A stretch of 32,295 bases of DNA from assembly GCA_964555825.1 (NCBI GenBank), contig CAZKTY010000002.1:1-32295 (forward strand), given 5' to 3'. The number at the start of each line of letters is the position of its first letter. Position 1 is the stretch's first letter. The stretch is from an uncultured Candidatus Saccharibacteria bacterium. GTDB lineage: Bacteria; Patescibacteriota; Minisyncoccia; Phycocordibacterales; CAIRYW01. Shown here one piece after another: positions 26,457 through 32,295 of this stretch. The position numbers were made by a program, and so were the translations under genes. The notes under the pieces were generated by a model, which was given only the letters and a program-made list of their open reading frames with translations, ran no database searches and was not told the origin of the DNA.

Positions 26457-28001
26457 ATGAAAAATATCTTCAAAATGAAGGGTCCAATGGTGTTTATCGG
26501 TGGTTCGATCATTATTGCTATTACAGCTGTTATTTTTGCATTTTTTTATAAAAGTTCTCCAAAATTAAATGATTCTATTTCTGTAAAAAGAGAAGACTTA
26601 ACTGAGGAAGTATCCACAACTGGAAAAGTTACAGCTTCAGAAGATCTAGATCTAGCTTTTAGTAGAGGAGGAAGAATAGGAAATGTTTACGCAAAAGTTG
26701 GAGATAGTGTAAAGAAAGGACAGGTCATAGCTGAGATCGATTCATCAGATCTGAACGCTTCACTTACTCAAGCAGAGGCTGCTCTCAGTAAAGAAAAGAT
26801 CAACTTAGGTCAGATACAGAGTGCCGATACAGGCAACTCTTTTGATCAGAGAACAAATCTTCAGTCCACGATCAATTCTAATAGAACAAGTATGATCTCT
26901 AGTTTGAAGGATTCCTACGTAAAAGTAGATGGAGCTTTAGGGTCAAATATAGACCAATTCTTTAATAATTCCAGAACAAGTCCTCATTTCGGTATTACTT
27001 TTATTCAAGGAAATACTACCTATACAATAAATACATCAACGGCAGAAGGATCTATCAAATTGAATGATGAAGTAAAAACCCTCTATAGTTCACTTTCTCT
27101 TTGGAATTCTTCAAATCAAAGTCTCAGCTCATCTAGTAGCGACAGTGATATAGAGAAGACCGCAGATCTTGCAGAAAGATCTATCACAGCTGCAGATGAT
27201 CTTGTTTCTGAGATATATACAATTGTTAATTCATATTCAACAGTGGGTTCTCAGGATATGACAGTATATGGAGCTTATAGAAATAGTGTTGCCACAGCAC
27301 AAGCAGCAATAAGTGGTTCTCTATCAAGTTTCCATCTTTCAAGGAGTACTTACGAAACATCCCTTTCTTCTGTTGGTCCTGTTGCAGAACAACTCCAGCA
27401 AACTTCAGTACAAAGTGCTGATGCTCAAGTTCTAGCTATACAAGCTCAGATCGAGAATGGAATAATTAGAGCTCCTATGGATGCACAGGTGACAAGACAA
27501 GATGCTAAGATCGGTGAAGTTGCTACTCCAAGTGTTCCTCTAGTTTCGATCATTTCTCAAGGTAATTTTCAGATAGACACTTATGTTTCAGAAGCAGACA
27601 TAGCTAAGATAAAAGTAGGAAATAATGCTTCAGTTGTTCTTGATGCTTATGGTGATAGTGAGCCTTTTGCAGCCTCAGTTGTGTCAGTTGATCCAGCTGA
27701 AACTATTGTGAATGGGGTAGGTAGTTATAAGGTAGTTTTGGAATTTACAATTCAAAGTGATCTAATAAAATCAGGGATGACTGCAAATATAGACATCTTT
27801 ACTCAAAATAAAACAGCTGTGCTTTCTGTGCCAGGAGCAAGGATCCTAAAACAGAATGATAAGACTTTTGTTTTGATTGATGATGGTAAAGGAAATTCAA
27901 TTCAGAAAGAAGTTGTTCTTGGAATAACAGGTTCAAATGGAGATGTTGAAATATTATCAGGCCTAAATGAAGGCGATAAAGTGTTCGCATTTAGTAAATA
28001 A
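26457..28001 (+). CDS. HlyD-family adaptor protein with a long S/T/N-rich insert
   Basis: N-terminal TM, lipoyl-like halves (GQVIAEIDS ... APMDAQVTRQDAKIGE), beta-barrel. Similar build to ORF 21095-22774. Confidence 0.7.
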   Translation: MKNIFKMKGPMVFIGGSIIIAITAVIFAFFYKSSPKLNDSISVKREDLTEEVSTTGKVTASEDLDLAFSRGGRIGNVYAKVGDSVKKGQVIAEIDSSDLNASLTQAEAALSKEKINLGQIQSADTGNSFDQRTNLQSTINSNRTSMISSLKDSYVKVDGALGSNIDQFFNNSRTSPHFGITFIQGNTTYTINTSTAEGSIKLNDEVKTLYSSLSLWNSSNQSLSSSSSDSDIEKTADLAERSITAADDLVSEIYTIVNSYSTVGSQDMTVYGAYRNSVATAQAAISGSLSSFHLSRSTYETSLSSVGPVAEQLQQTSVQSADAQVLAIQAQIENGIIRAPMDAQVTRQDAKIGEVATPSVPLVSIISQGNFQIDTYVSEADIAKIKVGNNASVVLDAYGDSEPFAASVVSVDPAETIVNGVGSYKVVLEFTIQSDLIKSGMTANIDIFTQNKTAVLSVPGARILKQNDKTFVLIDDGKGNSIQKEVVLGITGSNGDVEILSGLNEGDKVFAFSK

Positions 28002-28014
28002 ATAATTAATAAAT

Positions 28015-28734
28015 ATGGCTGATATAAATCAAACCGATATGTTAAAAGAAGAAAAGGAGATTCTGTCAGAAGAAAAGGAGATCTTAAAAGAAATAAAGAA
28101 AGAGGAAAAAGATATTGCTAAGGTTGAGAGAACTGTTTGGATATTGTCAGCCTTGATCTCTTTGCTTGTCTTAGGAGCTGGTATAGGTCTTATGTATCTA
28201 GGAATATCAAATCAAAGTGTTTATACCGATAAGGTCACTATCTCTGCTCCAAGTATAAATTTAAGTTCTGCACAAGGAGGTATTCTCGAAGAAGTGTATG
28301 TTCATCCAGGAGATCTTGTTAAAGCTGATACAGTTTTGGCGAGAGTAGGGAATGAACTCATCAAGACCAAAGTTGATAGTCAGGTCCTATCAATTGATGA
28401 GGATATTGGAAAGATATTTAACCAAGGAGAAACCGTTGTTACAGTGATAGATCCCTCAAGTCTTAGGGTTGTTGGACAAGTAGATGAAGACAAAGGTTTG
28501 AGTTATATAAAGGTAGGACAAAGAGCAGAATTTACTGTTGATACATTTGGTTCAAAAAAATACTACGGAATTGTTGATGAGATAAGTCCAACTTCAAATC
28601 AAGGAGATATTGTCTTTAACATCTCAGACAAAAGACAGATAAATAGTTTCGACGTTAAAGTGAGATTTGATCAAACTCTTTATCCTGAACTAAAGAATGG
28701 TATGTCTGCAAAGCTTTGGATCTATAAGAATTAA
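28015..28734 (+). CDS. Short HlyD/EmrA-like secretion protein (no long hairpin)
   Basis: Charged N-terminus with EEKEIL repeats, one TM, barrel-sandwich hybrid (GGILEEVYVHPGDLVKADTVLARV) and beta-barrel. Confidence 0.7.
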   Translation: MADINQTDMLKEEKEILSEEKEILKEIKKEEKDIAKVERTVWILSALISLLVLGAGIGLMYLGISNQSVYTDKVTISAPSINLSSAQGGILEEVYVHPGDLVKADTVLARVGNELIKTKVDSQVLSIDEDIGKIFNQGETVVTVIDPSSLRVVGQVDEDKGLSYIKVGQRAEFTVDTFGSKKYYGIVDEISPTSNQGDIVFNISDKRQINSFDVKVRFDQTLYPELKNGMSAKLWIYKN

Positions 28735-28739
28735 AATAG

Positions 28740-30239
28740 ATGTCAGAAGAATCACAGATAAAAAACGATCCTGGAAATCTTAAATGGTGGGTCTTGGCTA
28801 CTGTTATGGTGGGAACTTTCTTAGGAAGAATAGATCAGACCATTGTTAATCTTGCTTTGCCAAAGATCATAGGAGATTTCGGAATAACAGTCAGTGCTGC
28901 TGGCTGGATTGCAACAGCCTATATTTTGGCTAATGCAGTTTTTGTACCTGTGTGGGGAAAACTAGGAGATACACTTGGAAGAAAAAAGATATATATCATT
29001 GGTTTCGTTGTTTTTATCATTGGTTCTATCCTTGCTGGGCTTTCTTGGAATTTAAGTTCCATGATCGTTTTCAGAATTATCCAAGCAATAGCTGGTTCAG
29101 CTGATTATCCGACAGCTATGGCTATTATTGCTATTACTTTCAAAGAAGGGAAACAAAGAGCTCAAGCTCTAGGTATTTGGTCTGCATCCTTTGCCGCAGC
29201 TACTGTTTTCGGTCCTCTCCTCGGAGGACCTCTTATTGATAATTTTGGATGGAGATCGGTCTTTTTGGTCAATCTTCCAATAGGACTTATAGGTCTGTTG
29301 ATGGCTATTGTTTTCGTTGATGAATCAACTTCAAAAGTTGAGGATGAATCTTTTGATTGGCTCGGAGCTTTATCTTTGGGAGTTTTTCTTTCGGCAATAG
29401 TCCTTGTTCTTGATCAAGGTATGGATTGGGGATGGATCTCTTCTGGTAGTATCTTATGTTATTTGACCTCAATACTAAGTTTTGTTTTCTTCTATCATTG
29501 GGAAAGGGCTCAAAGGTCTCCAATAATTGATTTTAAATTTTTCAAAAATGAGATGTTTGTGGGAGCTTTAGTCAATAATTTTGTAAGTTTTATGGGTATG
29601 ATGGGTAGTGTCTTTTTGATCCCTGTATTTGCACAAAGTTTTCTTGGTTATAACGCAACTGAATCAGGTTACTTGTTTATGCCTATGGCGTTTATGATGG
29701 TCTTTGCTTCACCTATTGGAGGAAGTTTTACAGGCAAAGTTGCTCCTCAATATATTATTTTTATAAGTAGCTTGATCGCCGCTTTTGGACTTTTCTTATT
29801 TACAGGATTAGATCCAAGAAGTGGGGCATTGGATATAATTATTCCACTATGTGTTATGGCTTTTGGTTTGGGATTAGGAATGGCACAGAGGACAAGTATT
29901 GTTGCTTCTGCTGTTCCTCATAACGAGATAGGTATAGCTTCTTCTATTCTAGCTTTGGTCAGAAATATTTCTGGAGCTTTTGGTATTGCTATATTTGCAA
30001 CGATCTTGAAAAATTTGACCGAAAGTAATGTTGTAAATATATCAAAATTAAGTACCTTCCATTTTCAGACCTCAGCTGATGTAAGTAAGGCTATTGGACT
30101 CATCACTTTCAAAGCGGATATTGTTGCCTATGAGCAAGTCTTCTTGATAGCTTCTCTTGTAATGCTTGTTGGAGCTTTTACTTCTTTCATGATAAAAGCC
30201 GGAAAAGAAATTCCTAAAGAGGAGGTATTTATTGAATAA
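28740..30239 (+). CDS. MFS transporter, DHA2 (EmrB/QacA-like) family
   Basis: 499 aa. Many hydrophobic segments. Motif-A-like GKLGDTLGRKK. N-terminal LPKIIGDFGIT block typical of EmrB/QacA pumps. Confidence 0.9.
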   Translation: MSEESQIKNDPGNLKWWVLATVMVGTFLGRIDQTIVNLALPKIIGDFGITVSAAGWIATAYILANAVFVPVWGKLGDTLGRKKIYIIGFVVFIIGSILAGLSWNLSSMIVFRIIQAIAGSADYPTAMAIIAITFKEGKQRAQALGIWSASFAAATVFGPLLGGPLIDNFGWRSVFLVNLPIGLIGLLMAIVFVDESTSKVEDESFDWLGALSLGVFLSAIVLVLDQGMDWGWISSGSILCYLTSILSFVFFYHWERAQRSPIIDFKFFKNEMFVGALVNNFVSFMGMMGSVFLIPVFAQSFLGYNATESGYLFMPMAFMMVFASPIGGSFTGKVAPQYIIFISSLIAAFGLFLFTGLDPRSGALDIIIPLCVMAFGLGLGMAQRTSIVASAVPHNEIGIASSILALVRNISGAFGIAIFATILKNLTESNVVNISKLSTFHFQTSADVSKAIGLITFKADIVAYEQVFLIASLVMLVGAFTSFMIKAGKEIPKEEVFIE

Positions 30240-30594
30240 AATGGTGAGCAAAGATCAATATACCGAGTATTGATACTCCTATAGACGAAACAAATACGAA
30301 AGCAGCCATTGTATCTTTTATTTTTCCAATAGCAGGATCATGTTCTGGTTCAACTTTATTACAAAGATCTTCTATTGCCGTATTCACTATTTCTCCAGTC
30401 AAAACTATGATGATCGATAAGATACACAGAGACCATTCAAGTAATGAGAAATTAAAAAAATAAGCAAAAAGGACAACTGCTGATCCGCAAAAGGTCTCTA
30501 TTCTGAAATTGTGTTCTTCTTTCCATGTAGTTTTGAAACCATTGAGAGCATAAAAGAAAGACCTGTAACTTTTTTTTAGTGTTGTTTTGACCAT
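30229..30594 (-). CDS. dgkA: Diacylglycerol / undecaprenol kinase (DgkA family)
   Basis: 121 aa, three TM segments, conserved EEHNFRIE and GEIVNTAIE blocks. The 3' end overlaps the convergent MFS gene by 11 nt. Confidence 0.85.
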   Translation of the reverse strand: MVKTTLKKSYRSFFYALNGFKTTWKEEHNFRIETFCGSAVVLFAYFFNFSLLEWSLCILSIIIVLTGEIVNTAIEDLCNKVEPEHDPAIGKIKDTMAAFVFVSSIGVSILGILIFAHHFIQ

Positions 30595-30597
30595 AAT

Positions 30598-31164
30598 TTA
30601 AAAATTTATATTTGTAGAAGCGTTCAAGTGAGGTGTTAAAAAAATGATCAAGGCAGAAGCGATTATCAATACCTCTATAAATGAGGTCAACATCTTTGGA
30701 TAGGTCTTTGTTATGAATTCAAATTGGGATCTTATTATTCCTTGATCTTTACTTGATGGGTCAGGCATTTTTCTAAAGGCTATGAGTTTTTTTGATATTG
30801 GCCAGAGCCAAGGTACTCCAAATTCTATCGAGTCCAATAAGAAATGACTAAATGAACCAATAAAAACCGAAAGACCTACCATTCTGTAAAATTCATTTCC
30901 TCCGATCAAATATATTCCGAGACTTATAACAAACCACAGAATGGGGGCATGTGTAGGATAAAATCTATGATTCTCATTCTTCTTTAATTTATTTTGTTTC
31001 TTCCTTATGAAATAGTAAATAAGGTCTATATCTGGTGCTATAGCTGAGAATGTTCCTAAAAGGACGATCAAATTCATTTGACCTGAATTCAGGTTGGTGT
31101 CAGCTATTTTTATCAAAGCTGTTGATGCAAGATAACCTGCTGCAAAATGTCCTGAAGGAAGCAT
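30598..31164 (-). CDS. Membrane-bound metal-dependent hydrolase-like protein (DUF457/YdjM-like)
   Basis: Polytopic 188-aa protein with His-containing segments (PSGHFAAGY, THAPI, SHFLLD). Confidence 0.55.
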   Translation of the reverse strand: MLPSGHFAAGYLASTALIKIADTNLNSGQMNLIVLLGTFSAIAPDIDLIYYFIRKKQNKLKKNENHRFYPTHAPILWFVISLGIYLIGGNEFYRMVGLSVFIGSFSHFLLDSIEFGVPWLWPISKKLIAFRKMPDPSSKDQGIIRSQFEFITKTYPKMLTSFIEVLIIASALIIFLTPHLNASTNINF

Positions 31165-31341
31165 CTGGATGAATAAAATTAGTAAGGGTTAAAGTCCTAA
31201 ATTTTGAAGATCAGTGTTGATATTCAAGAATGTAGGTGTGTATATTTGGTTGATCTTTTTTCCTTGATCTTCTGATTTTTTTAGTATTTTTGGTTCCATA
31301 TATAAATTGTAACATAAGATCGTTTTTGATCTCTATAATGT

Positions 31342-32013
31342 TTATTTTAGATATTGTTCAATATCGATCCAATTTGATAGATCATTTTTATTTGATACAT
31401 AGCCACTTGTATTTGGAGTGCTTCCTTTGTGAATACCAAGGTGAAGATGTTTTCTTTCACCATCAGTTTCGGTACTGTAACCAGTTCCTAGATCTGCCAA
31501 GAATTCTCCAGATGAAATTGTTTCTCCTATTTTTGTTTTAACACTTGAAAGTCTTAAATGTCCATATACGACTGTTATTGGGGAATTATCTAATGTACAA
31601 CTCTCAACTACCATTCCCCCATAACCATTTCCAAATTTACTTTGTAAGATCTTTCCATCGCAAATTGCATATATTGGTACATCAACGTTTGCTTCTGATG
31701 ACTCAGTCTCAAAATCTACTCCCGTATGAAATCCTGTGAATCTTTCTGGAGATACAGGCGAGTTCTTGGGATCAACATAAATTCCAAAAGGTTTTTTAGT
31801 TATTCTACTTAAAGCATTGCTTATGGGAGAAATGAAAGGACCGACATTTTCTTTTTTTTGAATTTGAGTTGAGGTGGAGAGAGAAGATGTTTCAAGTGTA
31901 ATGGGTTGCGGATCTTTTACGGTATTTCCATATTTCATTGTTGAAATAATAGAATACACAATAAGACCAAAAATTATAATTAAAATAACAGAAAAATAAA
32001 TTTTTTTATTCAT
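31342..32013 (-). CDS. M23-family (LytM-type) peptidoglycan metallopeptidase with N-terminal anchor
   Basis: HxxxD motif HTGVDF and HxH motif HLHLGIH. N-terminal TM (IYFSVILIIIFGLIVYSII). Confidence 0.85.
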   Translation of the reverse strand: MNKKIYFSVILIIIFGLIVYSIISTMKYGNTVKDPQPITLETSSLSTSTQIQKKENVGPFISPISNALSRITKKPFGIYVDPKNSPVSPERFTGFHTGVDFETESSEANVDVPIYAICDGKILQSKFGNGYGGMVVESCTLDNSPITVVYGHLRLSSVKTKIGETISSGEFLADLGTGYSTETDGERKHLHLGIHKGSTPNTSGYVSNKNDLSNWIDIEQYLK

Positions 32014-32025
32014 TTTTAATTTAAA

Positions 32026-32295
32026 TTATTTTTTCCACTCAACAATTGAACCCACTTTTCTTTCTATAATATCAGCTTTTCGTATGAATTTTTTGTTTTT
32101 CTCTGGAAAAATAGGGAAGTGTGGTGATCTATCAAGCAGATCAACTATATGCCACAGTTCTTTTTCATCGGTTATCCAAGCCTTCCCAAGTTTTTTTAGG
32201 TTGAAGGGTCTTGAGTAACTCATTAAAGTTTTTTTTCCATTCTTATTAAGAAAATATTCATGAAAATATGAAAGTGCCAATTCACGGATGTTCTT
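32026..32295 (-). CDS. Hypothetical protein, 5'-truncated by the window edge
   Basis: The reading frame stays open to nt 32295 (KNIRE precedes the listed TTG start). No family recognised. Confidence 0.45.
   Translation of the reverse strand, partial: KNIRELALSYFHEYFLNKNGKKTLMSYSRPFNLKKLGKAWITDEKELWHIVDLLDRSPHFPIFPEKNKKFIRKADIIERKVGSIVEWKK

Noticed and set aside
28048-28082. Tandem 14-nt repeat GAAGAAAAGGAGAT with a 21-nt period
   Set aside because: It encodes the EEKEIL heptad repeat in the charged cytoplasmic N-terminus of the short adaptor protein. This is a coding low-complexity feature, not a regulatory repeat.
875-31739. Many listed ORFs antisense to, or nested in another frame of, well-supported genes. 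Examples: 875-1084, 1235-1507, 1504-1863, 2386-2583, 3048-3395, 3814-3999, 3848-4045, 4851-5210, 4932-5150, 5376-5609, 6237-6482, 7225-7470, 12146-12628, 14323-14814, 15546-15773, 16519-16722, 16937-17382, 17702-17917, 19729-19974, 20293-20493, 20738-21200, 22884-23147, 23214-23399, 23763-24291, 24687-24923, 25592-25915, 26145-26351, 27799-27990, 29305-29523, 31290-31541, 31545-31739.
   Set aside because: Each overlaps a gene with clear family motifs on the other strand or frame. Their products are low-complexity or Ser/Phe/Leu-rich shadows with no recognisable domains.
1-32295. Alternative genetic code (UGA recoded, as in some candidate phyla)
   Set aside because: Conserved genes are full length under the standard code, and uppP ends with TGA at 18661-18663. 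I saw no in-frame TGA interrupting a conserved domain.
1-32295. CRISPR arrays, tRNA or rRNA genes, IS elements, integrases, prophage genes
   Set aside because: No regularly spaced direct repeats. No T-loop-like GGTTCGAATCC outside coding sequence. No transposase- or integrase-like ORFs. The only sizeable repeat is the inverted repeat at 8685-8874.

Overview
Visibly AT-rich, gene-dense bacterial chromosomal segment. It uses the standard genetic code: conserved genes are intact and TGA acts as a stop, for example at the end of uppP. I saw no rRNA, tRNA, CRISPR array, transposase or integrase. Gene content in order: (i) rpoC (3' part), dnaG and rpoD on the + strand. (ii) A compositionally odd 0.7 kb unit (4234-4929) with its own terminator-like hairpin, followed by a single-chain UvrD-type helicase fused to a Cas4/AddB-like nuclease. 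(iii) Housekeeping genes: DsbA-like oxidoreductase, DEDDy exonuclease, hisS, truB-like, typA. (iv) A minus-strand operon of DedA-PAP2 fusion, M29 and M24 peptidases, cytidylyltransferase-like protein and a second DedA, divergent from uppP. (v) An operon of ECF sigma, putative anti-sigma and a MacAB-like exporter. (vi) A NitT/TauT-type ABC pair with no binding protein. (vii) An operon of MarR, two adaptor proteins and a DHA2 MFS pump. (viii) dgkA, a DUF457-like hydrolase, an M23 peptidase and a 5'-truncated ORF. Most worth a second look: the 4234-4929 unit (candidate large structured RNA versus orphan ORF versus long leader); the undecaprenyl-phosphate recycling cluster built around a DedA-PAP2 fusion; a nested inverted repeat of about 190 nt at 8685-8874; and strong GATC over-representation. 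Nothing matches a known defence or mobile system. I could not demonstrate a clear-cut novel multi-gene system, so the candidates below are hypotheses. The overall style (small genes, weak Shine-Dalgarno usage, efflux operons without an outer-membrane factor) suggests a small-genome, possibly Patescibacteria-like or other monoderm organism. That assignment is inference only.
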